Part shown: positions 9,546 through 20,335 of the stretch, piece after piece | How the letters are laid out: the number at the start of each line of letters is the position of its first letter | Position numbering within the stretch: the first letter of the stretch is position 1 | Assembly: GCA_947072805.1 (NCBI GenBank) | Contig: CAMTJK010000001.1 | Coordinates: forward strand, 1-38,764 | Source: an uncultured Prevotella sp. | Lineage (GTDB): Bacteria; Bacteroidota; Bacteroidia; Bacteroidales; Bacteroidaceae | DNA: 38,764 nt | Direction: 5' to 3' | Translations under genes and position numbers: made by a program | Notes under the pieces: model-generated | The model's database searches: none | Told to the model about the DNA's origin: nothing | The model's input: the letters and a program-made list of their open reading frames with translations, nothing else

Positions 9546-11114
9546 ATGAAATTAGAGAACATACAATTCGAATTGAATGCCTTTGCTGCTGAGATGGCAA
9601 AGCTGAAAAACGACAAGCATTTCGACTTCCTCGTTACAATAGTTGGTGAAGATTTTGGCGAAGAAGGACTTGGTTGTATATATATATTAGAGAACACGCT
9701 TACCCATCAGCGTGTCAGTGTAAAGGCGATTGCAGCAGCGGGAAGTGAACCGTGGCTGCCTACGGTGAGCCATCTATGGAAGAGTGCCGACTTTCTTGAA
9801 CGTGAAGTGTTTGATTTCTTTGGCATCATCTTCGTTGGTCACAAAGATATGCGGCGTCTTTACCTGCGTTCTGATTTCAAGGGACATCCTTTTCGTAAGG
9901 ATTACGATATGAGTCCCACAAAAAATACCTATACACTTGATGATGATGCTGAGCCCGACTACACGTTGGAGTATACTCTCGACCGTGATGGGAAGCTCGT
10001 CGCGTGCCGTCGTATGCTATTTTCTGACGATGACTACGTGATAAACATCGGTCCACAGCATCCTGCTACTCATGGCGTTTTGCGCTTGCAAACCGTTGTC
10101 GATGGAGAGACGATAAAGAAAATATATCCTCATTGTGGATATATACACCGTGGTATAGAGAAGATGTGTGAGGACTACACATATCCGCAAACCTTGGCTC
10201 TCACAGATCGTATGGACTATTTGAGCGCCATGATGAACCGTCACGCCCTCTGTTCGGTTATAGAGGAGGCTACCGGAGTAGAGCTTTCAGACCGTATAAA
10301 GTACGTGCGTACCATTATGGATGAGTTGCAGCGTCTTGACAGCCACTTACTGTTCTATAGCTGTTGTGCTCAGGATCTCGGAGCCCTTACAGCATTCATT
10401 TACGGTATGCGTGACCGTGAGCAGGTGCTCAACATTATGGAGGAGACAACCGGTGGACGCCTCATTCAGAACTATTATAGGATAGGTGGCTTGCAGGCAG
10501 ATATTGATCCTCGTTTTGTGGAAAGCGTAAAGAAACTCTGTACCTACATGAAGCCGATGTTCAAGGAATATCACGATATCTTCACTGGTAATGTGATATT
10601 CAAAAACCGCTTCAAGGGCGTTGGTAAGCTTACTAAGGAGAGCGCTATAAGCTACGGTTGTACCGGAGGTACTGGTCGCGCTTCGGGATGGCATAACGAT
10701 GTCCGTAAGACCCACCCTTATGCAATGTATTCGCAGGTGGAGTTTGACGAGATCACATATCAGCATGGCGATAGTTTAGACAGATATCTTGTTCGTATGG
10801 ATGAAATGGAGCAGAGCATACGCATCATCGAGCAGCTTATTGACAACATTCCCGCCGGTGACTACTATATTAAGCAGAAGCCCATCATCCGTGTCCCAGA
10901 GGGTAGTTGGTATGCCTCCTGCGAGGGTAGCCGCGGTGAGATAGGTGTTTATCTCGACTCAAGGGGAGATAAGTGTCCTTACCGTCTGAAGTTCCGTCCA
11001 ATGGGTTTACCATTGGTGTCGGCACTAGATGAGATGCTTCGCGGCGAAAAAATAGCCGACCTTATAGCCGTCGGTGCTTCGTTAGATTATGTAATACCTG
11101 ATATTGACAGATAA
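9546..11114 (+). CDS. nuoCD: NADH-quinone oxidoreductase fused subunit C/D
   Basis: EREVFDFFGI...GHPFRKD (C part) and NIGPQHPATHGVLR, GYIHRGIEK, DIDR (D part). Confidence 0.95.
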   Translation: MKLENIQFELNAFAAEMAKLKNDKHFDFLVTIVGEDFGEEGLGCIYILENTLTHQRVSVKAIAAAGSEPWLPTVSHLWKSADFLEREVFDFFGIIFVGHKDMRRLYLRSDFKGHPFRKDYDMSPTKNTYTLDDDAEPDYTLEYTLDRDGKLVACRRMLFSDDDYVINIGPQHPATHGVLRLQTVVDGETIKKIYPHCGYIHRGIEKMCEDYTYPQTLALTDRMDYLSAMMNRHALCSVIEEATGVELSDRIKYVRTIMDELQRLDSHLLFYSCCAQDLGALTAFIYGMRDREQVLNIMEETTGGRLIQNYYRIGGLQADIDPRFVESVKKLCTYMKPMFKEYHDIFTGNVIFKNRFKGVGKLTKESAISYGCTGGTGRASGWHNDVRKTHPYAMYSQVEFDEITYQHGDSLDRYLVRMDEMEQSIRIIEQLIDNIPAGDYYIKQKPIIRVPEGSWYASCEGSRGEIGVYLDSRGDKCPYRLKFRPMGLPLVSALDEMLRGEKIADLIAVGASLDYVIPDIDR

Positions 11115-11118
11115 AATT

Positions 11119-12207
11119 ATGTTTGATTTTAGTATAGTAACAAGCTGGTTCGACAGTCTTCTTCGCAACGTTTTGGGGCTTGGGGACTTTATGTCGATAC
11201 TTATCGAGTGCGTTCTGGTGGGCGTTCTTATTCTAACGGCTTATGCCTTGCTTGCCATCGTGCTTATATTTATGGAGCGTAAGGTGTGCGCTTGGTTTCA
11301 GTGCCGTCTTGGTCCGATGCGTGTTGGCCCGTGGGGAGTATTTCAAGTATTTGCCGATGTGCTCAAGATGCTTCAGAAGGAGATTTTCTTCGTTGATAAG
11401 GCAGATAAGTTCCTTTATCTTGTTGCGCCTTTCCTTGTCCTTATAGCCTCTGTGGGTACTTTCTCGTTCATGCCGTGGAATAAGGGTGCTGGCATACTTG
11501 ACTTTAACGTAGGCGTATTTCTTATTACCGCCATTTCAAGTATAGGTGTGGTAGGTATTTTCCTTGCCGGTTGGGGCTCTAACAATAAGTATAGTGTTGT
11601 GTCAGCCATGCGTGGAGCAGTTCAGATGATATCCTATGAGATCTCTCTCTGTCTTTGCCTTATCACTGCTGTTGTACTTACGGGTACGATGCAGGTGAGT
11701 GGTATAGTAGAATCACAGTCTGGACCTTTTGGCTGGCTTGTCTTCCAGGGACATTTACCAGCAATCATTGCATTTTTAATATTCATTGTTGCAGGAAATG
11801 CCGAGGCTAACCGCGGTCCTTTTGACCTTGCTGAGGCTGAAAGTGAACTTACCGCAGGTTACCACACCGAATATTCCGGCATGGGTTTTGGCTTCTTCTA
11901 TCTTGCCGAATACCTTAACATGTTTGTCATTGCCGGTATAGCAACCACCGTTTTCCTTGGCGGATGGATGCCTATACACATTGGTGTGAGTGGTTTTGAT
12001 ACTGTGATGGATCTCATCCCCGGCATAGTATGGTTCATAGTCAAGGCTTTTGGTCTTGTATGGATACTGCTGTGGATACGCTGGTCGTTCCCCCGTTTGC
12101 GCATCGATCAAATTTTGAAACTTGAGTGGAAATATTTAATGCCGTTGTCGTTGATTAATCTTGTGCTCATGACGGTTGTTGTGGCAATGGGTTGGTATAT
12201 AAGGTAA
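11119..12207 (+). CDS. nuoH: NADH-quinone oxidoreductase subunit H
   Basis: ERKV...QCRLGP, NRGPFDLAEAESELTAGYHTEYSG and FPRLRIDQ. Confidence 0.95.
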   Translation: MFDFSIVTSWFDSLLRNVLGLGDFMSILIECVLVGVLILTAYALLAIVLIFMERKVCAWFQCRLGPMRVGPWGVFQVFADVLKMLQKEIFFVDKADKFLYLVAPFLVLIASVGTFSFMPWNKGAGILDFNVGVFLITAISSIGVVGIFLAGWGSNNKYSVVSAMRGAVQMISYEISLCLCLITAVVLTGTMQVSGIVESQSGPFGWLVFQGHLPAIIAFLIFIVAGNAEANRGPFDLAEAESELTAGYHTEYSGMGFGFFYLAEYLNMFVIAGIATTVFLGGWMPIHIGVSGFDTVMDLIPGIVWFIVKAFGLVWILLWIRWSFPRLRIDQILKLEWKYLMPLSLINLVLMTVVVAMGWYIR

Positions 12208-12232
12208 GGCAACGGACGAAAATTATCAGACA

Positions 12233-12760
12233 ATGGAAAACAATAAATCATATTTCGGAGAAGCAGCAGAGGGTATAAAGTCTCTGTTTACGGGTATGCG
12301 AGTTACCATGAAGGAGTATTTTACTCCGAAAGTTACCGAGCAATATCCGGAAAACCGTAAGACGACGTTGCATGTATCAGCTCGTCATCGCGGTCGTCTC
12401 GTCATGCCCCATGCCGCTGACGGCAGTCATAAGTGCATAGCCTGCACTCTTTGTGAGAAGGCATGTCCTAATGGAACGATAAGGATATCCTCGGAGATGC
12501 GTGAGACGGAGGATGGTAAGAAAAAACGTTTCCTAACCGATTACAGCTACGATCTCGGCGATTGCATGTTCTGTCAGTTGTGCGTCAATGTATGCCCTCA
12601 AGATGCAATCATGTTTACCAATGATTTTGAGAATGCTACGTTCGAGCGTGAGTCTCTTGTGCTTCATCTCGACAAGGAACTATCATATGAGCCATCGCTT
12701 CCTGGTATAATTGATGGAGCAAATGCTATCGAGACAGGTACGTGGAACACTAAAAAATAA
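12233..12760 (+). CDS. nuoI: NADH-quinone oxidoreductase subunit I (2x[4Fe-4S])
   Basis: TEQYPE, CIACTLCEKACP and CMFCQLCVNVCP. Confidence 0.93.
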   Translation: MENNKSYFGEAAEGIKSLFTGMRVTMKEYFTPKVTEQYPENRKTTLHVSARHRGRLVMPHAADGSHKCIACTLCEKACPNGTIRISSEMRETEDGKKKRFLTDYSYDLGDCMFCQLCVNVCPQDAIMFTNDFENATFERESLVLHLDKELSYEPSLPGIIDGANAIETGTWNTKK

Positions 12761-12782
12761 AATACCGACGTTAGAAAAAATT

Positions 12783-13304
12783 ATGGCCAATATAGTAATG
12801 TTTGTAATTCTTGCCGCTGTTATCATTGGTTCCGCCGTGATGTGTGTGGCAACAAAAAGAATAATGCGTGCAGCCACTTTCATGCTGTTTGTGCTCTTTG
12901 GCGTGGCTGGTTTGTATTTTCTTCTAGACTATACCTACTTAGGTGCAGTCCAGATAAGTGTCTATGCCGGTGGTGTTACGATGATCTACATCTTTGCCAT
13001 TCAGCTTGTGGGTAAGCGTCCCCTTCAGGGCCTTGTCGAGCGTATGAAAGGCAGCAGGGTATTTTGCGGTGCTTTAGTGTCGTTGGCAGGTTTTGTTGTC
13101 GTGACTCTTGTGCTGCTCAAGAATGGTTTCATCACAACGTGCTGCGACTATTCTGAAGAGGTTCCGATGAAGACTATTGGACAGTCACTTCTTGGTAGCG
13201 ATAAATACCAGTATGTGCTTCCTTTCGAGTTCATTTCGGTATTTTTGCTTGCCTGCATCATTGGAGGCCTTGTTGTATCACGTAAAGAAGGGGAGGAAAA
13301 ATGA
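12783..13304 (+). CDS. nuoJ: NADH-quinone oxidoreductase subunit J
   Basis: QISVYAGG, LPFEFISV and operon position. Confidence 0.92.
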   Translation: MANIVMFVILAAVIIGSAVMCVATKRIMRAATFMLFVLFGVAGLYFLLDYTYLGAVQISVYAGGVTMIYIFAIQLVGKRPLQGLVERMKGSRVFCGALVSLAGFVVVTLVLLKNGFITTCCDYSEEVPMKTIGQSLLGSDKYQYVLPFEFISVFLLACIIGGLVVSRKEGEEK

Positions 13305-13615
13305 TTATGGTACCAGTTGAATGTTATTTTGTGCTTAGTGCGCTTCTATTTTTCATCGGCGTGTTTGGTTTTGTCACTCGTCGTAACCTCATTGCCATGC
13401 TCATTTCCATAGAGCTTATACTCAATGCTGTCGACATAAATTTTGCGGCGTTTAACCGCCTGCTCTATCCGGGAGAGTTTGAGGGCTTTTTCATGACTCT
13501 GTTCTCCATCGGTGTTAGTGCAGCTGAGAGTGCTGTTGCCATTGCGATAATTATCAATGTTTACCGTAACTTCCGTAGTGATCGTGTGAACAGTATTGAA
13601 AACATGAAATATTAA
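13301..13615 (+). CDS. nuoK: NADH-quinone oxidoreductase subunit K
   Basis: RRNLIAMLISIELILNA and AAESAV. Confidence 0.95.
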   Translation: MIMVPVECYFVLSALLFFIGVFGFVTRRNLIAMLISIELILNAVDINFAAFNRLLYPGEFEGFFMTLFSIGVSAAESAVAIAIIINVYRNFRSDRVNSIENMKY

Positions 13616-13627
13616 TGTGTATTGAAC

Positions 13628-15619
13628 ATGGACTATAGTTATGTATTTTTGATACTTCTTCTGCCTCTTCTTTCATTTCTTGTGTTGGGACTTGCAGGCA
13701 TGAAGATGTCCCATAGGGTAGCCGGTCTTATAGGCACGGCATCGCTTGGTGCTGTCACTGTACTATCGTACATCACTGCTTACAGCTATTTTTCGGCGGA
13801 GCGTGTTGCAGACGGAGTTTATGCAACCATTGTACCTTACAACTTTACGTGGTTACCATTAGGCAGCCTTAATTTTGACTTAGGCATATTGCTTGACCCT
13901 ATTTCTGTGATGATGCTCATTGTGATAAGTACAGTGAGCCTCATGGTACACATTTACTCTTTTGGCTATATGCATGGCGAGAAAGGATTTCAGCGCTATT
14001 ATGCTTTTCTTAGTCTTTTTACCATGTCTATGCTCGGCCTTGTGGTGGCCACCAACATTTTCCAAATGTACCTTTTTTGGGAACTTGTGGGTGTTAGCTC
14101 CTATCTTCTTATCGGTTTCTATTATCCGTTGCAACCGGCCATTTCTGCGTCCAAGAAGGCATTTATAGTAACTCGTTTCGCCGATATGTTCTTCCTTGTC
14201 GGTATCCTCATTTTTGGTTACTATACAGGCTCTTTTAGCTTCTCCTTTGCTGGAGAAGTTGTCATGGGTGCTGGTACAGAGCCTTTCCTTACGGTTGATG
14301 CCAGTCGTGCTGTTTCCTCATGTGTGTTTATTCTGCCCACCGCTCTTATCCTCATGTTTATTGGCGGTGCAGGTAAAAGTGCCATGTTCCCCCTGCATAT
14401 ATGGCTTCCCGATGCCATGGAAGGTCCAACTCCTGTCAGTGCCCTTATACATGCCGCCACGATGGTCGTAGCAGGTGTGTTCCAGATAGCACGTCTTTTC
14501 CCCTTATGGATAGAATATGCTGGTTCACAGATGAGCATTATTGTATGGGTTGGAGTATTCACCGCTTTTTATGCAGCCGCTGTAGCATGTGCTCAGAGTG
14601 ATATCAAGCGTGTGTTGGCTTTTTCCACTATATCACAGATAGCTTTCATGATGGTAGCTTTAGGAGTGTGTCTTCCCGGTCATCACGGTGACTTGCTTGA
14701 CAATCATGCCCAACTCGGCTATATGGCTTCCATGTTCCATCTTTTCACCCATGCCATGTTCAAGGCATGTCTCTTCCTTGGAGCCGGCTGTATTATCCAT
14801 GCTGTCCATTCCAACGAAATGTCAGCGATGGGTGGACTGCGCAAGTATATGCCTATCACCCACGTAACATTCCTTATTTCTTGTCTTGCCATAGCAGGTA
14901 TACCTTTTTTCTCTGGTTTCAGTTCTAAGGATGAGATTATAACGGCTTGTTTTGCTTACAGCCCTGTTGTGGGATGGATAATGACTGGTGTCGCAGCTAT
15001 GACAGCATTCTATATGTTTCGTCTGTATTACGGTATTTTCTGGGGAACGGAGAATACGGAGTTGCATGCCCATCACACTCCTCATGAGGCACCTCTCAAT
15101 ATGACTCTTCCCCTCATTATTCTCTGTGTCATCACAGTTGGTGTTGGAGTCTATACCACTATTGCTGGCTTTGCAGGATGGGGTGGTAGCTTTGGTAGCT
15201 ACGTTACAGCCGCCGGTACTGTTTATGACATCCATTTTGACACAACAATTGCGCTAGTCAGCACAATCATTGCCATAATTTCAATAGCTCTTGCCACCTA
15301 CATATACAAGGGTGAGCGCCAGCCTATTGCCGATCGTCTTTACAGGCAATTCCCTCGTCTCCATCGTGCAGCCTATAGGCGTTTCTATATGGACGAGGTA
15401 TACATGTTTGTCACCCATAAGATTATCTTCCGCTGCATCAGTACACCTATAGCCTGGTTTGATCGACATGTTGTAGACGGTACGTTCAATTTCATGGCGT
15501 GGGGTGCTAATGAAGCTGGAGAGACTCTCCGTCCCTGGCAGAGTGGCGATGTTCGTAAGTATGCCCTTTGGTTCCTTACCGGTGTGATAGCTTTAACATT
15601 ATTATTACTTGCATTATAA
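13628..15619 (+). CDS. nuoL: NADH-quinone oxidoreductase subunit L
   Basis: GKSAMFPLHIWLPDAMEGPTPVSALIHAATMV and HAMFKACLFL. Confidence 0.95.
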   Translation: MDYSYVFLILLLPLLSFLVLGLAGMKMSHRVAGLIGTASLGAVTVLSYITAYSYFSAERVADGVYATIVPYNFTWLPLGSLNFDLGILLDPISVMMLIVISTVSLMVHIYSFGYMHGEKGFQRYYAFLSLFTMSMLGLVVATNIFQMYLFWELVGVSSYLLIGFYYPLQPAISASKKAFIVTRFADMFFLVGILIFGYYTGSFSFSFAGEVVMGAGTEPFLTVDASRAVSSCVFILPTALILMFIGGAGKSAMFPLHIWLPDAMEGPTPVSALIHAATMVVAGVFQIARLFPLWIEYAGSQMSIIVWVGVFTAFYAAAVACAQSDIKRVLAFSTISQIAFMMVALGVCLPGHHGDLLDNHAQLGYMASMFHLFTHAMFKACLFLGAGCIIHAVHSNEMSAMGGLRKYMPITHVTFLISCLAIAGIPFFSGFSSKDEIITACFAYSPVVGWIMTGVAAMTAFYMFRLYYGIFWGTENTELHAHHTPHEAPLNMTLPLIILCVITVGVGVYTTIAGFAGWGGSFGSYVTAAGTVYDIHFDTTIALVSTIIAIISIALATYIYKGERQPIADRLYRQFPRLHRAAYRRFYMDEVYMFVTHKIIFRCISTPIAWFDRHVVDGTFNFMAWGANEAGETLRPWQSGDVRKYALWFLTGVIALTLLLLAL

Positions 15620-15629
15620 TTAAGATAAA

Positions 15630-17114
15630 ATGAGTATTTTAAGCCTTTTTGTAGCAATCCCCGTACTGATGCTGTTAGGACTATGGATGTCTCGCAGCCT
15701 ACGTCAGATACGTGGCGTGATGGTAGCAGGTTCCTCTGCGTTGCTTCTTTTGTCGGCATGGTTAACATATGCTTTCATTGCAGCGCGTCATTCAGGCGAT
15801 ACCGCTCCTATGCTGTTCACTCACAGTATATCATGGTTCGAGCCGCTCCATATAGCTTATTCCGTAGGAGTTGATGGCATTTCAGTTGTCATGCTTCTTC
15901 TCTCTAGTATAATAGTATTTACTGGTACCTTTGCCTCGTGGCAGCTCAAACCACTCACTAAGGAATATTTCCTTTGGTTCACGCTGCTTTCTATTGGCGT
16001 TTACGGTTTTTTCATTTGCACCGATATGTTCGCCATGTTTATGTTCTACGAGGTGGCACTTATTCCCATGTACCTTCTCATTGGCGTATGGGGTAGCGGC
16101 AACAAGGAGTACGCAGCCATGAAGCTTACCCTTATGCTTATGGGTGGTTCCGCTTTGCTCATCATTGGTATACTTGGTATCTACTATTACAGTGGTGCTG
16201 ACACAATGGACGTCATGACAATAGCCTCTCGCCATAACATTCCTGTATCCGTTCAGAAGATATTTTTCCCGTTCATTTTTATAGGCTTTGGAGTTCTCGG
16301 CGCCCTTTTCCCTTTCCATACGTGGTCTCCCGATGGTCATGCGTCGGCTCCAACTGCTGTTTCAATGCTCCATGCAGGCGTGCTCATGAAGCTTGGAGGT
16401 TACGGATGTTTCCGTGTTGCCATGTTCCTTCTTCCTGATGCGGCCCGGGAGCTCTCATGGGTTTTTCTCATCCTCACAACCATATCGGTAGTTTATGGCG
16501 CCCTTTCTGCCTGTGTGCAGACAGACCTTAAGTATATTAATGCCTATTCTTCTGTATCTCACTGCGGACTTGTGCTTTTTGCCCTGCTTATGATGACGCA
16601 CACTTCCTGTACCGGAGCTATCCTTCAGATGCTTTCTCATGGACTTATGACCGCACTCTTCTTTGCTCTCATTGGTATGATATACGGTCGCACTCACACC
16701 CGTGACATACGTCGTCTTGGTGGACTCATGAAGATAATGCCTTTCCTTAGCGTTGGCTACGTTATTGCCGGACTTGCTAATCTCGGACTTCCTGGCTTTT
16801 CTGGCTTCATTGCAGAGATGACTATCTTTGTGGGCTCGTTTGAGAATGCAGACACCTTCCACCGTGTAGCTACGATCATTGCCTGCACCTCCATTGTTGT
16901 CACAGCTGTCTATATACTCCGTGTGGTGGGCAAGATACTTTTCGGAAATGTTTCCGATCCACATTATCTTGAGCTTTCCGATGCTACGTGGCATGAGCGT
17001 CTCTCTGTGTGCTGTCTCATTTTCTGTGTGGCAGCCCTCGGTGTAATGCCTTTCTGGGTGAGTTGGGTAATAGGCGATGCCGTCACCCCAATTCTCACCG
17101 CGATCAGTCTATAG
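15630..17114 (+). CDS. nuoM: NADH-quinone oxidoreductase subunit M
   Basis: GVDGIS, FPFHTWSPDGHASAPT, MKLGGYG and GLPGFSGFIAE. Confidence 0.95.
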   Translation: MSILSLFVAIPVLMLLGLWMSRSLRQIRGVMVAGSSALLLLSAWLTYAFIAARHSGDTAPMLFTHSISWFEPLHIAYSVGVDGISVVMLLLSSIIVFTGTFASWQLKPLTKEYFLWFTLLSIGVYGFFICTDMFAMFMFYEVALIPMYLLIGVWGSGNKEYAAMKLTLMLMGGSALLIIGILGIYYYSGADTMDVMTIASRHNIPVSVQKIFFPFIFIGFGVLGALFPFHTWSPDGHASAPTAVSMLHAGVLMKLGGYGCFRVAMFLLPDAARELSWVFLILTTISVVYGALSACVQTDLKYINAYSSVSHCGLVLFALLMMTHTSCTGAILQMLSHGLMTALFFALIGMIYGRTHTRDIRRLGGLMKIMPFLSVGYVIAGLANLGLPGFSGFIAEMTIFVGSFENADTFHRVATIIACTSIVVTAVYILRVVGKILFGNVSDPHYLELSDATWHERLSVCCLIFCVAALGVMPFWVSWVIGDAVTPILTAISL

Positions 17115-17175
17115 ACATTCCGTTCACATACATATATAAATATATATCAATAATATATATAAATAACACACCACA

Positions 17176-18606
17176 ATGGATTACAGTCAGTTTCTCAATA
17201 TGCTGCCCGAAGTTGCCCTTACGGCACTTCTCATCATAGTGTTTGTCGTTGATTTTGCTTTCAGCCGTTCCCAGCGTCGGCATTCGGCACTCTTTGTCGC
17301 TACCGTATTGCCCCTTGCTGCCCTCACCGCCCTTTGTTTTGTGGCGGAGCCCAGCAGCGCTTTTGGGTCGCTGTATGTCAGCACTCCTGCTGCCGGAGTA
17401 ATGAAGGTCATTCTCACCGGCGGAACTCTTGTTGTCGTTATCATGTCGCAAGAGTGGCTTTCTCGTCCCGAGGTACGCCGTTATGAAGGCGAATACTATA
17501 TTCTGTTGCTCTCTACGCTCCTTGGCATGTACTTCATGATGTCCTCTGCACATTTCTTGCTCTTTTTCCTTGCTCTGGAGATGGCATCAGTACCTCTTGC
17601 TTGTCTTGTTGCTTTTGGCAAGGGCAGTCACCTGTCCGCCGAAGCTGCAGCCAAGTTTATTCTCACCGCTACATTCTCTTCCGGTGTTATGCTCTACGGT
17701 ATCAGTTTTATTTATGCCCATGCAGGTACCCTCTATTTTGCAGATGTGGTAAACAGTCTCGAGGCCAGTCCTCTAACTATTATGGGTCTTGTCTTCTTTT
17801 TCAGTGGATTGGGCTTCAAGATATCCCTTGTACCATTCCATCTATGGACAGCCGACACCTACCAGGGAGCTCCAACGCCTGTTACAGCCTACCTTAGCGT
17901 AGTCTCCAAGGGTGCTGCCGCTTTCACCCTTATGGTTATTCTCCACAAGGTTTTTGCTCCTCTCATAAGCAGTTGGGAACTACTTCTTGCTGTTGTCATC
18001 ATGCTTAGTGTCACTGTTGCCAATCTCTTTGCACTGCGTCAGCGCGAGCTCAAGCGATTCATGGCTTTCAGTTCAATCTCGCAGGCAGGCTATGTCATGC
18101 TTGCCGTCCTCGGTACCACGGTTGCAGCAACTCCTGCTCTTAGCTATTACGTGCTTGTATACGTAGCTGCCAATCTTGGCGTATTCACAATTATCAGCCT
18201 TGTTGAGCAGCGCTGTGGCACTACTCGCATTGACAGCTATAGCGGCTTTTATCGTACAAATCCTCGACTGACACTGTTGCTTACCCTTGCTCTCTTTTCT
18301 CTTGCTGGTATTCCTCCTTTCGCCGGTATGTTCAGCAAGTTCTTCGTCTTTATGGCAGCGGTCAGCCGCACTCACAGCCTACTGGCGTGGATTACCGTTT
18401 TCGTAGCGCTCATTAACACTGTTGTCAGTCTCTACTACTACCTCATTGTGGTAAAGGCCATGTATATCAGCCCCACCGATCGTCCTCTGCCAGCCATTTC
18501 CGGCAGTGGTGCCATACGTGTCGCCCTTGCTCTCTGTACCGCAGGCATAATTCTTTTCGGAATTTTCGGTTGCGTATACTCGTGGATAGAAGCAGCTGCT
18601 ATGTAG
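17176..18606 (+). CDS. nuoN: NADH-quinone oxidoreductase subunit N
   Basis: FKISLVPFHLWTADTYQGAPTP and SLAGIPPFAGMFSK. Confidence 0.95.
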   Translation: MDYSQFLNMLPEVALTALLIIVFVVDFAFSRSQRRHSALFVATVLPLAALTALCFVAEPSSAFGSLYVSTPAAGVMKVILTGGTLVVVIMSQEWLSRPEVRRYEGEYYILLLSTLLGMYFMMSSAHFLLFFLALEMASVPLACLVAFGKGSHLSAEAAAKFILTATFSSGVMLYGISFIYAHAGTLYFADVVNSLEASPLTIMGLVFFFSGLGFKISLVPFHLWTADTYQGAPTPVTAYLSVVSKGAAAFTLMVILHKVFAPLISSWELLLAVVIMLSVTVANLFALRQRELKRFMAFSSISQAGYVMLAVLGTTVAATPALSYYVLVYVAANLGVFTIISLVEQRCGTTRIDSYSGFYRTNPRLTLLLTLALFSLAGIPPFAGMFSKFFVFMAAVSRTHSLLAWITVFVALINTVVSLYYYLIVVKAMYISPTDRPLPAISGSGAIRVALALCTAGIILFGIFGCVYSWIEAAAM

Positions 18607-18712
18607 CGTATAGACATTCCGGGCGATCTACATGTATCACACATACCGTAGATTAAACACACAGAGATATATGATATATTAAAAAATATTGTCTAGCTAA
18701 AACGTATAAGAA

Positions 18713-20335
18713 GTGCCGACCACAATGAAAAAGGGAGGCACTTTTTTATTTCCGCCAATGCCACTCTTACGTCGCCGCCGTTATTCAGGTGCCACCATCC
18801 AGCGTTATCCTCTGCTGCCTGTTGCTTTAGCACTTGCCGTGGGAATAATTTTAACCCCGGATATATATGCCACAGTTATTGTAGGTGCTGTATTCGCCGG
18901 TGTAGCCATTGTTGTTCCAAGGATGCGGCGTCTGTTGCTTACCTTTTCCCATATTATTGTATCAGTTACCCTTGGTAGCGTACTCGCAGGATATGCCCAG
19001 TGTTCTCTTTATGTTCCCCCTGAAATTACCGAGGAACCCATCACCTGCCGGGCTGTTGTCCTCCGCACAGTGCGTCAGCATCCGCGCAGTACTACTATCG
19101 AAATTATGCCAATCACCGGAAAACTCCGAAATCGCAAGGTATGGGCTACTTTGCAGCATGATACAGCTGCCAATACAGCAGCTGTCACATGTTGCACCTT
19201 TTCTCCAGGAACTTCCCTCGTTCTTACAGCAACCTTCCATTCAACTGTAGCAAGTGCTTATGAGAGCAGCCTGCCACCACTTTATATGATGTCACAGCAG
19301 GTGGTAGCAACGACTTTTATACCCCATTGGTGTTGGCGTATAGCTCACTATTCTAATACAGAAGTACTTGACAAACCATTGCGTGTTAAGCTCAGGCTTG
19401 TTCGCCTGCGTCACCGCCTTACCCATCACTATATCCGGCATATTCCAGATACAGATGCTCGAGCCTTGCTTTCTGCTCTTACCCTTGGTGACAAGACAAC
19501 ACTTCCAACGTCATTGCGTCGCGCCTATGCCACTGCCGGTGTTGCCCATGTTCTGGCTTTATCCGGCATGCACCTCGGCATGATATATATGATTCTTACC
19601 CTTCACCGACGTTATCGTCGCCGTCATTCCAATCCGGTTATTGAAGGTGTTGTGCTCGCTCTTCTGTGGGCATATATTGTTATGGTTGGTGCGCCTCCGT
19701 CTGCTGTACGTGCCGGCATTATGCTTACTCTTTTCAGTCTTGTCAGTCTTTCCCATCGCGAGAGTATGAGCCTCAATGCCCTTTCTTTTTCTGCTATACT
19801 TATGATGCTTTTCAATCCTTATGTTGTTTATGACGTAGGTTTTCAGCTATCCATATCATCAGTGGCGGGTATTCTTCTTTTTTGCGGTCGAGGTGACAGA
19901 GGGCGTTATCCCCTCCGTTGGCTTCGCAGTATGTTATCCGTCAGCCTATCTGCGCAGCTTGCAGTATTTCCCCTGGTGGCATATTATTTTAGCCGTTTGC
20001 CTCTGCTTTTCCTTCCGGTCAATGTATTGGTGTTCCCTTTGGTTTTTGTCATTCTTGTCCTTGCGACATCATCTTTGTTGCTATCAGAATTCCTTTCCTG
20101 TTTCCATGTTGCAGATGTCTCCTTGTTTCCGTTAGAGACGGTAGAATATTATCTGTGGCACGCGACAGGATGTGTTGCCGACTGGCTCAACGGCATTGTT
20201 AGGATGGTAGAAAAGATACCGTGGGGAGTGCTGGATGTAATACGTTTTAATGAGTGGCAGGTAGTGTTACTGTACATATTCCTTTTTTTGTCTTGGGCTG
20301 TTGTAAATAAGTGTCGGGATATATTCATCCGTTGA
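18713..20335 (+). CDS. comEC: ComEC/Rec2 family competence membrane protein (start uncertain)
   Basis: LGDK, GVAHVLALSGMH, PSAVRA, DVGFQLS and multiple TM segments. Confidence 0.85.
   Translation: MPTTMKKGGTFLFPPMPLLRRRRYSGATIQRYPLLPVALALAVGIILTPDIYATVIVGAVFAGVAIVVPRMRRLLLTFSHIIVSVTLGSVLAGYAQCSLYVPPEITEEPITCRAVVLRTVRQHPRSTTIEIMPITGKLRNRKVWATLQHDTAANTAAVTCCTFSPGTSLVLTATFHSTVASAYESSLPPLYMMSQQVVATTFIPHWCWRIAHYSNTEVLDKPLRVKLRLVRLRHRLTHHYIRHIPDTDARALLSALTLGDKTTLPTSLRRAYATAGVAHVLALSGMHLGMIYMILTLHRRYRRRHSNPVIEGVVLALLWAYIVMVGAPPSAVRAGIMLTLFSLVSLSHRESMSLNALSFSAILMMLFNPYVVYDVGFQLSISSVAGILLFCGRGDRGRYPLRWLRSMLSVSLSAQLAVFPLVAYYFSRLPLLFLPVNVLVFPLVFVILVLATSSLLLSEFLSCFHVADVSLFPLETVEYYLWHATGCVADWLNGIVRMVEKIPWGVLDVIRFNEWQVVLLYIFLFLSWAVVNKCRDIFIR

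Noticed and set aside
8789-9697. 302-aa antisense ORF over nuoA/B/CD, and similar shadow ORFs over other genes
   Set aside because: They lie opposite well-conserved genes and have no motifs of their own.
17125-17170. AT-dinucleotide-rich tract between nuoM and nuoN
   Set aside because: It is an imperfect low-complexity spacer with no evidence of phase variation.
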